From Bacillales bacterium (GTDB lineage: Bacteria > Bacillota_I > Bacilli_A > RFN20 > CAG-826), in NCBI GenBank assembly GCA_028723545.1, contig JAQYER010000036.1:1-62020 (forward strand): a stretch of 62,020 bases of DNA, given 5' to 3'. Positions within the stretch are counted from its first letter, which is position 1. Every line of letters starts with the position of its first letter. Position numbers and translations under genes: made by a program. Of the stretch, positions 33,700 through 43,862 are shown piece by piece. The notes below the pieces were generated by a model. That model had not been told where the DNA came from. It searched no databases and saw only the letters and a list, made by a program, of their open reading frames with translations.

Positions 33700-34617
33700 T
33701 TAATTGTTATTTAAGAAATTATGAATTTCCTCAAGTGTTGGCACGACATCAATTGCTCCTTTCTTTTGAGTAGCAAGGCCACCAACAACATTGGCTTTTG
33801 TAAGACAAGAAATAATCTCATCATCGTTATTAATATCTAATCCTTTATCAAGTTCATAAAGGAAATATGAGTAGAAAGCATCTCCCGCTCCAGTGGTGTC
33901 AACCGGTTTTAATTTAAAAGTTGGAACATGAATATATTTATTGTTTGAATAAAAAATAGATCCTTCTTCTCCTAAAGTGACAACTGCAATTTGTTTTTCA
34001 TTTAATAATGATTTTAAGGCACTTCTTATGTCTTTTTCTCCACTTAATAACTCTAATTCTTCACTTGTAAATTTGATGATATCAGCTTGTTTGATTGCTT
34101 CAACAAAAATCTTTTTTGCTTCATCTTCACTTGTAAAAATATCATCGCGGTAATTAACATCGAATGATAATTTAGCTTTTAAATTATTGTGAATGTATTC
34201 ACATGCTTCAAAGAAGAATATTCTTCCTTTTCTTTTTGAAAGCATTAATGAACCAAGATGAATAATATTTGAATTTAATATTGATTCATTTTGAATATTT
34301 GAAACATTTAAACAATAATCCGCTCCTAAATCACGAACGAATTTAAATGATCTTTCGCCGTTAATTAATTCCACAAGAGCTTCAGTAGTTTGTCGATTTT
34401 GTAAAATATCAATTCGAGTGGAAATATGTTTAGAATTAATGAAATTAGTTAATAATTTTCCTTCTTCATCATTACCGATTGCTCCATAGAAAAAGACTTT
34501 TCCTCCAAAAGAAGAAATATTACACGCTAAATTGAAAGGCGCCCCACCAGGAAGAACAGTTTTTTGATTATTATCAATAAATATATCAACTAATATTTCA
34601 CCAATTGAAGTTATCAT
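33700..34617 (-). CDS. fructokinase (PfkB family)
   Basis: 305 aa with GGAPFNLA and DTTGAGDAF motifs. It sits at the distal end of the fructan locus. Confidence 0.75.
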   Translation of the reverse strand: MITSIGEILVDIFIDNNQKTVLPGGAPFNLACNISSFGGKVFFYGAIGNDEEGKLLTNFINSKHISTRIDILQNRQTTEALVELINGERSFKFVRDLGADYCLNVSNIQNESILNSNIIHLGSLMLSKRKGRIFFFEACEYIHNNLKAKLSFDVNYRDDIFTSEDEAKKIFVEAIKQADIIKFTSEELELLSGEKDIRSALKSLLNEKQIAVVTLGEEGSIFYSNNKYIHVPTFKLKPVDTTGAGDAFYSYFLYELDKGLDINNDDEIISCLTKANVVGGLATQKKGAIDVVPTLEEIHNFLNNN

Positions 34618-34631
34618 AATTTCTCTTTTCT

Positions 34632-34664
34632 AAAAGCCGAGAAAGGTAGTCTTATCTCGGCTTT
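34632..34664 (-). terminator. hairpin terminator after the 640-aa surface protein gene
   Basis: Perfect 10-bp stem aaagccgaga/tctcggcttt (34633-34642 and 34655-34664). The minus-strand tail is only UUUU, so read-through into the fructokinase gene is plausible. Confidence 0.5.
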
Positions 34665-34682
34665 GTTCGCTAAATAAGTCTA

Positions 34683-36605
34683 TTATTTAGATGCTTTTTT
34701 CTTTTTTGAGATAAAAGCAATTAATAAAATTGAAGCAATGACAGCTAGACAAATAACAACGATGTAAATGTTATTTTCAACACTATTATTACTATTTCCA
34801 AATAAGAAGAGATGGCTCTTAGATACGTTAATAGAATCATTTAAGTAGTCAATTCCTTGACCAACTGTATATGAAGTATCTGGAGTTAATGTGTACCAGT
34901 TATCACTAGTCGCGGTAACTCCATATGAGATATCCATTGAATTATTTACAATTGCTTTCGCATCAGCTGATAAGGCATTATATGCTTCTAATAAAGCATT
35001 TTTATTTTCAGAAGTAAATCCTTCACCACAGAATGTAACAGCATTAGATTTTGCTCTTGCGCTAGCATAATATGATGATAAGAAATTTGAAGCTTCTAAT
35101 ACAACAGTATTATCTACAGTTTCTGCATTACGAGTTTCTTCAACTGTGTAAATTATATCAGCGTTTGTGCGGCTGACATAGTGGTCTAAATAATATGGAT
35201 GTTTTTCAATTTCATTTGTATTTTGTGTCGCAACATCAACTTTGAATGTTGGGTTTGATGGATAATAAGTAATGAGTTCATCGAAATTAACTGCACCCCA
35301 TCCAGCATTGCCAACATCAGCGATTCCAAGACAAATAATTTGATCTTTAAAAGCATTTAAATTAATGATGTGTCTAACCATTGTGCATGAATTAAATCCA
35401 GATATTGCAACGTTAGATGCATCAGCATCAATTTTAAATTCTTTCTTATCAATAAAGGCTAATTCTTGGAGATAATTTCCGCTAGAAGAATCACCATTTA
35501 AAACGTGAAGTGAAGCAGTTGATCCGCCCATTTTAACTGAAATAAATCCAGTTCCACCTAATTTAAAGCTTGGAGATAATAAACGGTATCTTGGCGCATC
35601 AGATGCGGCAAATCCTTGAATATTTCCTTCATTTCCTTCATAGAATCCTTTGAAGAAATAATTACCGGTTTTATTAAATGGTAAATCATTATTATTCCAG
35701 TGATTTGATACATTAGCGATCGCGGTATCAAAATGAGTGTTTGTTCCTTCTGTATCAACATCAGCAGTATAAGTTGTATCCCAACCATAACCAGTAAGTC
35801 CATAGCCTTCTTCAAAATCATCACTAACATCATAGAAATTAGATAAATTAGTGAAAGAGGCATATTCTTCTTTGTTATATACGCTTAATGTCCACGCTCT
35901 CGCGGCTTCATCTGCGCTATTTCTTGATAGTCCGTTTTTATGAGCAGAAATTGTCTTGATAACGTCATTCTTTGTTTGACTGACTCTTAAGGCACCGAAA
36001 TTCAAGAATCCAAATCCACCAGTTTTTGCATCGACTAAACGGCAATACATTTCTAAGCCAGTTTCTAATTGGCTTTCATATGATGATGGGATTTCAAAAT
36101 ATTTAACAATCATATTGTTAGATAATTCGTTATCTTTAAATTCCAAATTTGCGACACGTCCTACTTCAACTTCTTTACCTTCACTATCTCTTGTTAAGAA
36201 TTGAACATAGTTAACAACATTTTCTCCATCATATGGATTACCACCAAGAGTAAATGTAATATAAGGATTCTTTTGAGTCCAAGTAGTTGAAGTAATTGTG
36301 CCAGTCCATCCTTCATTTGTTTCTCCACGGAAGAAATTATCTAAAGCATTGAAAGATCTTGTTCCCCAAAATAATGAACGAGTTCTTGGAGCACCCCATT
36401 CACCAGAATTTTCGCTAGATGGAGTGAAATTGGCGGTAGTAAATGGAATATATCTACCGCTTTCATTTGTTTCCCCAATCGCGAATACTGGGATTTCATT
36501 TTTCAAAACATTTGAAGTAGTTGAGATAAGAGAAGCGACAAAAGTTGTGCAGATAATTGCAAATAAACTACCGAAAATTGCGAATTTCTTTGTTAATTTT
36601 TTCAT
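34683..36605 (-). CDS. 640-aa surface protein with two beta-sandwich (CBM-like) modules and C-terminal TM anchor
   Basis: N-terminal signal/anchor. The module signatures GWTGTITS..W....PYITFTLGGN and LLSPSFKLGGTGFISVKMGGS resemble the repeats of the 37969-40452 product. It ends IVVICLAVIASILLIAFISKKKKASK. Confidence 0.65.
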   Translation of the reverse strand: MKKLTKKFAIFGSLFAIICTTFVASLISTTSNVLKNEIPVFAIGETNESGRYIPFTTANFTPSSENSGEWGAPRTRSLFWGTRSFNALDNFFRGETNEGWTGTITSTTWTQKNPYITFTLGGNPYDGENVVNYVQFLTRDSEGKEVEVGRVANLEFKDNELSNNMIVKYFEIPSSYESQLETGLEMYCRLVDAKTGGFGFLNFGALRVSQTKNDVIKTISAHKNGLSRNSADEAARAWTLSVYNKEEYASFTNLSNFYDVSDDFEEGYGLTGYGWDTTYTADVDTEGTNTHFDTAIANVSNHWNNNDLPFNKTGNYFFKGFYEGNEGNIQGFAASDAPRYRLLSPSFKLGGTGFISVKMGGSTASLHVLNGDSSSGNYLQELAFIDKKEFKIDADASNVAISGFNSCTMVRHIINLNAFKDQIICLGIADVGNAGWGAVNFDELITYYPSNPTFKVDVATQNTNEIEKHPYYLDHYVSRTNADIIYTVEETRNAETVDNTVVLEASNFLSSYYASARAKSNAVTFCGEGFTSENKNALLEAYNALSADAKAIVNNSMDISYGVTATSDNWYTLTPDTSYTVGQGIDYLNDSINVSKSHLFLFGNSNNSVENNIYIVVICLAVIASILLIAFISKKKKASK

Positions 36606-36638
36606 ACATACTCCTTTCTATTTGCAAAACAAGATGTT

Positions 36639-37898
36639 TTATTTAAGATTATTGACCACTACATTAACGTCATCGTAATGGTAATAATTAATCATTGAGA
36701 AGAAAGCGTCTCCATCATTGATTGATATTTCCAAGCAAGAATTATCAAGATGATATTCAACTTTAATTTCTTCATTAAAAGATAGGTGGAATGTTCTAGA
36801 ATCGATAATTACACCATCTTCATCAATGATTTGATCCTCCATATTTTTACGGCTAATTGTGATAGTTTGATGAGCTTTATCAAAATCAATCAAAACATTG
36901 TTAACTTTGATAGTTGCTTCATCATTAATTAATTTACCTTTAATAATTTTTGTGTTTTGGTTTTCTAAGAATTGGTATTTTAATTTATCATCATCAAAAA
37001 TTATCTTTTTAATTAATGATAATTGACCAGCATATCCTTCTTTTTTAGAAGGATAATTAATTCCCCAAGAAGACATCCATGAAACACTATAAAATTCATT
37101 ATCTTTTTCAATGACTTGTAAAGCATATGAGTCAAATCCTTTATCAATCTCTCTTTCTGGACCAATTGGAGTAAATATTCCTTTGTTCACATCAAGAGTG
37201 CCGATTTGATATCCAACAACGAATGAATTTTGATATAAATCACCTTTAGTTGTAGGATTTTGTAAAGAATAGATTAAAGCACATTTTCCATCTTTAAAGA
37301 TAATTTCAGGACATTCCACCATTCCGCCTTTCTTTAAATCATAAAAAGATTTAAGGACATTAACGAAACGATAATTAATTAAATCTTCGCTTTCAAATAA
37401 GAGAATAGATGAATAATTATTTTCATTGCGGCAAACACATAAAACGTAATATTTATTATTGATTTCAAATACTTTAGGATCGCGGAAATCACTAACTAGA
37501 TAGCCATTTGGCAAATGTCTTTCATCAATGATTGGATTATGTTCATATTTTTTATATGTATATCCATCTTCACTAATAGCTAAACATTGTCTTTGCTTTC
37601 CGTTTGCGACACCGGTATATAAAGCATAAATCTTATTATCATAAACAATTGAAGAACCTGAGAAACACCCTAAATCACAATCATAAACTTGATCTGGATA
37701 TAAAGATATTTCACATTGTTTCCAGTTAATTAAATCTTCACTTACAAAATGTAACCAATGCATTGGTCCCCAGCAAACATCTTTTGGATTGTGTTGGGCG
37801 TACACGTGAAATTGATTGTTAAAATAAACAAAACCATTTGGATCATTAATCCAACCTTTTTTAGGGCTTATATGATAATTAGGACGATACTTGTTCAT
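36639..37898 (-). CDS. cytoplasmic GH32 beta-fructofuranosidase / sucrose-6-phosphate-hydrolase-like
   Basis: YRPNYHISPKKGWINDPNGFVYFNNQFHVYAQHNP, FRDPKVF and VECPE, which are the three canonical GH32 catalytic motifs. No signal peptide. Confidence 0.85.
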   Translation of the reverse strand: MNKYRPNYHISPKKGWINDPNGFVYFNNQFHVYAQHNPKDVCWGPMHWLHFVSEDLINWKQCEISLYPDQVYDCDLGCFSGSSIVYDNKIYALYTGVANGKQRQCLAISEDGYTYKKYEHNPIIDERHLPNGYLVSDFRDPKVFEINNKYYVLCVCRNENNYSSILLFESEDLINYRFVNVLKSFYDLKKGGMVECPEIIFKDGKCALIYSLQNPTTKGDLYQNSFVVGYQIGTLDVNKGIFTPIGPEREIDKGFDSYALQVIEKDNEFYSVSWMSSWGINYPSKKEGYAGQLSLIKKIIFDDDKLKYQFLENQNTKIIKGKLINDEATIKVNNVLIDFDKAHQTITISRKNMEDQIIDEDGVIIDSRTFHLSFNEEIKVEYHLDNSCLEISINDGDAFFSMINYYHYDDVNVVVNNLK

Positions 37899-37900
37899 GT

Positions 37901-37915
37901 TTGGAAACGTTTCAA
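37901..37915. promoter_or_regulatory. cre/LacI-type operator TTGGAAACGTTTCAA
   Basis: It starts 3 nt upstream of the GH32 start codon. It is the inverse copy of 51884-51898 (TTGAATCGTTTCCAA) and a half-variant of the 52025-52040 palindrome. Confidence 0.5.
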
Positions 37916-37968
37916 TTTTTTCGATATGATAATTATAATATAATAATATTATATTTTAAAGTGGTTTT

Positions 37969-40452
37969 TTACCTTGCTTCGAGGCCGAGTGGAAGTTCGG
38001 CCTCACTTTGATAATAAGTAATGAATGAATCAAGGAACACTAATCCCCAATCGCTTGAGGCATTATCAATGATTCTAATTTTTACTTTTCTTCCCGCAAT
38101 TGAAGATAAGTCTGCAATATATGTGACCATGTTGGCCATATATACTCCATCTTTAGCGACATCAATTGGTTGTCCATTATAATAATAGACTTTAGCCATA
38201 TGATCACTAAACATGTAATTGCCATAGCTAAATAGTGTTTCTTCTGTTGATGCATCAATAATATCAACATGGCAAACACTTTTGTTTTTCGCTCCTCCAA
38301 GTTTGAAGGAAATTTTATTAATTCCACCAACAGTGAATGTAGAGCTGGTTAATGAACCAGTATTACCTTCACTACCATTCCATCCAGAGAAGAAGCTTGT
38401 TCCTTCTTTATCGAATGAATACCATTCGTTCCACCACACTTCATTAAATGAAATGTTTCCGATGTTATTGACTCTTGTCCAACCAGTTAAATCACCAGTT
38501 TCAAAGTCACCATTGAGAACTTGATATTCATTATCTTCACCTAATACGCCGTGATGTAAGACATCGGCTGCATCATAATATGAAGATGGTAAAGAATTTT
38601 CATTTTCATAATAGGTAATAAAGCTATCAACAGTTAATAATCCCCAATCGCTTGAAGCATTATCAACTACTTTAAGATATACTTGTTGGCCTAAATAGTT
38701 TGATATATCAGCAACATATTGGACCATGTTCATTAAATTTGAACCATTGTTAATTAATCCAATACCAATATCGTGGTAATAGCGATTTGAGAAACGCATT
38801 AATTCAACATCCGTATTCGCGTCCACTAAAGCGATATAGCATAAATATGGATTTTTCGCTCCACCAAAAAGGAATGACATTTTTCCAATTCCTCCAACAG
38901 TGAAAGTTGAACTCTTAATATATCCAGTATTACCTTCTTTAGTTTCACCAGAATATAAATACATTCCTTTTTTATTAAATGGAAGATTTTCATTCCACCA
39001 TCCAGATTTATTTGTTACTTCTCCAATACCAAGATTTGGATCAGTATAACTTGTTTCCCAACCTGTTAAATCACCAGTTTCAAAAGAACCATTAATAATT
39101 TGATATTCACTATCAACAATTACATCAGTACTAATCATTGATAATGCTTGATAATGGTCAACATAATAAAATTCTGGTTTAGTTTCATAATATGTATATA
39201 TTGAATCAAGAGTGATACATCCTAAATCATCAGAAGTAGAATTGTTATCAACTACTTCAATATATAATTGCTTTCCAATATATGGAGTTAAGTCAGCGAC
39301 ATATTGAATTAAATTAAGTAATTTCATGCCGTTTTCCACAAATGGGAATTGGAAATTCCAATATTTTGAATTGGAATAACGGGCGACTTCTAATGGTTCT
39401 TCGCCATCTAATAAATAGATAGATAAATAAGTTAATGCATTATTTGAGCATCCACCTAATTTGAAAGTAATATATCCACTTCCTCCTAAAATGAAAGTTG
39501 ATGAACGCATTCTACCAACTTCCGTTGGAGAATACATTCCATAATGGTAATTACCATCGCGGTCGTAAGTAATTCCTTCATTCCACCAAGTCTTTTCTTT
39601 ATTGACTCCATCATCAGAGAAAGCTTGGCCTTCTAAAATAGTCCAACCCGCTAAAGAGCCACATTCAAAGTCTCCATTTGCAATTTCATAAATTGAATTT
39701 GCTTCACATTCAGTGACGTAATTTGGAGATTTTACATAATAATTTCCTATTGGTTGAGAACTTTCTCCACCGATACAAATATCATCGACACTAATATATC
39801 CGTAATAAATATTTTTATCGTTGTCAACGATACGAATATACATTTCTTCATTTAAATATTTTGATAAATTAACAGTATATTCGACAAAATTATCTGTTGA
39901 ATAAACTCCATTTTTATATTTATTAATATCGACATAATCTTCAGTATGCTCTAAGAAGAATTCGTTTGTTTGCCTCGCTACCATTTGATTATTTTTAGCT
40001 AAATAGAAGCCAACATAACATATTTCTGTATCTGCTTTATATTCCGCTCCAACGCCTTTGCTTTTAGTTAACGCTCCAGCGGCGAGTTTTAATTTAATTT
40101 TGCCATTTCCAGAAAGAACAAAATTGTTTGATCTAATTGCGCCAGTGCGAGAGCAAGCTAATGAACCATCGTATCCTTTTCCGCACAAATACCAATTTCC
40201 TTCTTGATTAACTGGGATTTGGTTTTGTTTTGCATCATTAGCAAAACTAAATGTTGATTTAGATGAAATGCAATCGTCGATAAAAGCATCGCCATATTCA
40301 ACTGTCCATCCATCTAAAGTAGATGTTTCGAATCCACCATTTAATAATGATGTATATTTTGTTTCGATTTCTTGATTGTTATTGTTATTTGAACTACATC
40401 CAACAAGGAATAAAGTGGAAATAAGACTGATAAATAAATTAATCTTTTTCAT
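37969..40452 (-). CDS. 827-aa lipoprotein made of four tandem ~190-aa NG.FE.G..(A/T)GW beta-sandwich (CBM-like) repeats; no catalytic motif seen
   Basis: Lipobox LVGC. Repeats start at NGGFETSTLDGW, NGDFECGSLAGW, NGSFETGDLTGW and NGDFETGDLTGW. Each contains ..S(S/N).F.(L/V)(G/S)G.G.(I/M).F.(L/F).(G/A)G and ends ..VD(D/S)(I/F). Confidence 0.7.
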   Translation of the reverse strand: MKKINLFISLISTLFLVGCSSNNNNNQEIETKYTSLLNGGFETSTLDGWTVEYGDAFIDDCISSKSTFSFANDAKQNQIPVNQEGNWYLCGKGYDGSLACSRTGAIRSNNFVLSGNGKIKLKLAAGALTKSKGVGAEYKADTEICYVGFYLAKNNQMVARQTNEFFLEHTEDYVDINKYKNGVYSTDNFVEYTVNLSKYLNEEMYIRIVDNDKNIYYGYISVDDICIGGESSQPIGNYYVKSPNYVTECEANSIYEIANGDFECGSLAGWTILEGQAFSDDGVNKEKTWWNEGITYDRDGNYHYGMYSPTEVGRMRSSTFILGGSGYITFKLGGCSNNALTYLSIYLLDGEEPLEVARYSNSKYWNFQFPFVENGMKLLNLIQYVADLTPYIGKQLYIEVVDNNSTSDDLGCITLDSIYTYYETKPEFYYVDHYQALSMISTDVIVDSEYQIINGSFETGDLTGWETSYTDPNLGIGEVTNKSGWWNENLPFNKKGMYLYSGETKEGNTGYIKSSTFTVGGIGKMSFLFGGAKNPYLCYIALVDANTDVELMRFSNRYYHDIGIGLINNGSNLMNMVQYVADISNYLGQQVYLKVVDNASSDWGLLTVDSFITYYENENSLPSSYYDAADVLHHGVLGEDNEYQVLNGDFETGDLTGWTRVNNIGNISFNEVWWNEWYSFDKEGTSFFSGWNGSEGNTGSLTSSTFTVGGINKISFKLGGAKNKSVCHVDIIDASTEETLFSYGNYMFSDHMAKVYYYNGQPIDVAKDGVYMANMVTYIADLSSIAGRKVKIRIIDNASSDWGLVFLDSFITYYQSEAELPLGLEAR

Positions 40453-40455
40453 AAA

Positions 40456-42942
40456 TTAGTCCCCCAAATTAGATGAATTTCCATAATATGCTGGTGTAAC
40501 TTCATCAAAATATGCACTCTTCATTGACTTAATTGATAATGAAGAAATAGTTAAATTGCCACCATTATCAAAGAATGATAAGTAGTCACTATCACCATAT
40601 TTTGGATAAATTCTTGTTGTTAAAGTAATTTCATTATTAATGTAGACTTCAAGTAATGAACGATCTAATAAAATCGTTAAATCAAATTCATTTCCACTAG
40701 TAGTGTATGTATTTGTATCACTACGGTCAACTGTGGTAGTTACGGTTGATAATAAACGGTCAACATATGCGCCATTATTTGATAATGTAATCGCCGTTCT
40801 TTCAGTTTTATCATTGACAACATTTTTGTTATAACGAACATAAAGTCCACTATTATAATTTTCTGACGTTGGATTTAAATTAACATGGGCTTTAATTTCT
40901 AAAGCATCACCGCGAAGTTGAGAAATTTGTTCATTCATTTGAGCAACATTTAATGGATCTCCATTATACGAATATAATGTTTCATCATATAATGATTCCA
41001 TTTCTTTAATTGGTTCACGAATTACTGTTTTTCCATCATTTGCAAGATATAAATCAACAGGCATTGCCATATTATGAGCCCAACCAGCCCAAATATTTTG
41101 TTCCGTACCAGCTGATTTTCCTTGGGCTAAAGAGAATAAGACTGTACGTCCATCTTCATATGGAACACCACTTTCAATTTGTTCTTCTGTACGGTAACAC
41201 ATTCCAGTTTGACCAGTATAAATTCCTTTACCATAATCAAATAATTGTGGTTCATGATTATCTGGAATAAAGCGGCATGTATTTTTATCAAATTGTCCAA
41301 TCCAATAATAACAATCAACGACATATCCATCGACAGTATATTGTGGGCAATCAAATAATATCCATTTTTTAATTGATCCATCTTTTGATGAAATTGGAAG
41401 CATGATTACACATTCCCAGTGAGCGCCTTGTACTGGATATAAATCAAATGGGCATTCATATAAATATCCATGATAATCCCAGTCACGCATATCGGTCGAT
41501 GTATAAATGTTTGCTGAACCTCCTCTTCCAGGAATAGATGTGGAAATTAACATATAATATGTTCCATCATCATACCAAACAAATGGATCTCTAAATTGAT
41601 CTCTTTCACCCATGACATCTCCAGCTGGTTGAGTTAAAACAACTTTATCTTCAATAACCCAATCAGTTAAATATGGATCATCTGGATCAACGCAGTGAGC
41701 GTAAGCAATATTTTGCCCTGACCAAGTAGACTTATTAGTACCAGCAGTAATAATTAACCATGGAGTGCCATCTGGTCCAACAACTGAACCGCCAGTCCAA
41801 ACTCCTTCTGGACACACTCCTTTAGTTGGCACAACAGCGTCTTTAACACTTACCCAATGAATCATATCTGTTGAAACCATATGAGCCCATCGAATTTGTG
41901 ACCAGTAAGGTCCAATTGGGTTGTGTTGATAAAAGATGTGATACATCCCTTTATAATATATAGGTGCGTGTGGTTCATTCATCCACACTGCAGAAGGAAT
42001 ACCGTGATATATAGGTCTATATCGATCTCCTTCATAAATAGAACGATCTTCTTGAACTTCGGTGAACGGAAGAGCTGGATGTTCTCCATCAACTAAACAT
42101 TCATCGTATTCATTTTTAATTTGAAGTGGGTCTAAAGAACCACTATATAACTTGATTTCATCAATTAATCCAGAAGGTAATTGACGAGTACAACCAAATT
42201 CATACATTGGATTAACATAATATCCCATATATAAATTTTCACCAGTTGAGATGATTTCGGAATTTACTAATTCTGGGATATATGATTCATATGAGGCAAC
42301 ACCATTATAAAATAAGCCAATATATCCAGTAACACCATCATATGAAACAGCAATATGATTCCATTCATATAATTTTAAATCATTGATTGGATCATAAAAT
42401 CCCATCATAAATTCATCACCAGTGTCATTGTTTCTTAAGCATAATTGGAGACCCCATTTTCCTAATCGGCCATAGCCAAATAAGAAACCTTCTCCCATTT
42501 CAATGTCACCTTTATTTAAAATTGATGTTAAACGTGAATGTCCACGCGCGACTGAATCATAATTGTAATCAAATACATTTTCAAAACCACGAGGAGCAAT
42601 ATAGCAAGACGCAGTTAATTTTTGCTTTGGCGATCTAATGTCACGGAAAACCATTTTGGTTGAATGACCATCCATATATAAAGAATGACCAACCGCTCCT
42701 TGCTTAAAGAGTGGATCACTTGCTTCTTTAAATATTTTGTCTTGGTTTTCTTCGTTAAATAAATAATCAATTTTGTATTCTTGATTATTCGCATTATTTA
42801 CAACATATTCTCCATTATGCGTATCAAAATCTAAATCGAGAAGAAGATTAGAATTTATATTTTGTTCGACGCTAGAAGATGGAGTGCATGAACATAATAA
42901 GCAAGAAACAAATAAAATTATTGAAGATTTTTTGATGTTCAT
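40456..42942 (-). CDS. lipoprotein with N-terminal LamG/concanavalin-like domain fused to a GH32 domain carrying a variant nucleophile motif
   Basis: Lipobox LCSC. LamG-like segment (..WNHIAVSYDGVTGYIGLFYNGV..IDEIKLY). GH32 motifs RYRPIYHGIPSAVWMNEPHAPIYYKGMYHIFYQHNP, FRDPFVW and HWECV. Confidence 0.8.
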   Translation of the reverse strand: MNIKKSSIILFVSCLLCSCTPSSSVEQNINSNLLLDLDFDTHNGEYVVNNANNQEYKIDYLFNEENQDKIFKEASDPLFKQGAVGHSLYMDGHSTKMVFRDIRSPKQKLTASCYIAPRGFENVFDYNYDSVARGHSRLTSILNKGDIEMGEGFLFGYGRLGKWGLQLCLRNNDTGDEFMMGFYDPINDLKLYEWNHIAVSYDGVTGYIGLFYNGVASYESYIPELVNSEIISTGENLYMGYYVNPMYEFGCTRQLPSGLIDEIKLYSGSLDPLQIKNEYDECLVDGEHPALPFTEVQEDRSIYEGDRYRPIYHGIPSAVWMNEPHAPIYYKGMYHIFYQHNPIGPYWSQIRWAHMVSTDMIHWVSVKDAVVPTKGVCPEGVWTGGSVVGPDGTPWLIITAGTNKSTWSGQNIAYAHCVDPDDPYLTDWVIEDKVVLTQPAGDVMGERDQFRDPFVWYDDGTYYMLISTSIPGRGGSANIYTSTDMRDWDYHGYLYECPFDLYPVQGAHWECVIMLPISSKDGSIKKWILFDCPQYTVDGYVVDCYYWIGQFDKNTCRFIPDNHEPQLFDYGKGIYTGQTGMCYRTEEQIESGVPYEDGRTVLFSLAQGKSAGTEQNIWAGWAHNMAMPVDLYLANDGKTVIREPIKEMESLYDETLYSYNGDPLNVAQMNEQISQLRGDALEIKAHVNLNPTSENYNSGLYVRYNKNVVNDKTERTAITLSNNGAYVDRLLSTVTTTVDRSDTNTYTTSGNEFDLTILLDRSLLEVYINNEITLTTRIYPKYGDSDYLSFFDNGGNLTISSLSIKSMKSAYFDEVTPAYYGNSSNLGD

Positions 42943-42944
42943 AA

Positions 42945-43862
42945 TTAGATTTTTAAACCTCCTGCTCCAAAGCCTTTTACAATATATTTTTGGGCCGCAA
43001 CATAAACGATGAAGATTGGTATTGAAGTGGTAACTAAAGACGCCATAATTTGTCCAGTTTCAATGCCTTCAATACTTTGAATAGTTGTTAATGCGGCTTG
43101 AATTGGATACATATTTTCATCAGTGAGAACCATTGTTGGCCATAGATAGTCATTCCAAACACCAATAAAGCAGAAGACCGCAACTGTGGCTAAAATTGGT
43201 TTTGATAATGGAAGAATGACTTTAAAGAATACTTTGACTGTATTTGCCCCATCCATTCTCGCTGCTTCTTCAAATTCCTTCGGAATTGAAGAGAAAAATT
43301 GAATAAATAAGAAAATATTAAATATAGAAATAGCTGAAGGTAGAATAATCGCTAAAATAGATAAAGATTTAGTTAGTTTTAGCATTATTTTACAAATAGA
43401 TAAAAGAGGAATAATTGACGTTTCGACTGGAACGATAATTAAAAACATAATGATTGCATTAAAGAATCGTTTTCCAGGGAAAGTTAATTTTGATATAGCG
43501 TACGCGGCTGCACCATTGATGACGATATTTAATACAATAGCGATCGCAGCGTAAATAAGGCTGTTAAGCGCATATCTACCAACGTTATATCCTTCACCAA
43601 AAATGATTTTGTAGTTGTTGAACATTGTTCCAAGATGAGCAAAATCTGGAATAAACATTAAAATAGTTCCGGCATGTTGAGCAATTGTTTCTTCACTTTT
43701 TGTTGAAGCAGCAATCATATAGAAAATCGGGAAGAGGAAAGTTAATGATAAACACGCCCCAACAAGATAATAAATAACTTTTCCGAAAGCGCTTATTGTG
43801 TTTTTCTTAACAATGACTACCTCTTCATTATTAATTAATTCACGAATGTGTTTTTCTTTCAT
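42945..43862 (-). CDS. carbohydrate ABC permease (MalG-class)
   Basis: Six TM helices and EAA loop EAARMDGANTVKVFFKVILP. Confidence 0.85.
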   Translation of the reverse strand: MKEKHIRELINNEEVVIVKKNTISAFGKVIYYLVGACLSLTFLFPIFYMIAASTKSEETIAQHAGTILMFIPDFAHLGTMFNNYKIIFGEGYNVGRYALNSLIYAAIAIVLNIVINGAAAYAISKLTFPGKRFFNAIIMFLIIVPVETSIIPLLSICKIMLKLTKSLSILAIILPSAISIFNIFLFIQFFSSIPKEFEEAARMDGANTVKVFFKVILPLSKPILATVAVFCFIGVWNDYLWPTMVLTDENMYPIQAALTTIQSIEGIETGQIMASLVTTSIPIFIVYVAAQKYIVKGFGAGGLKI

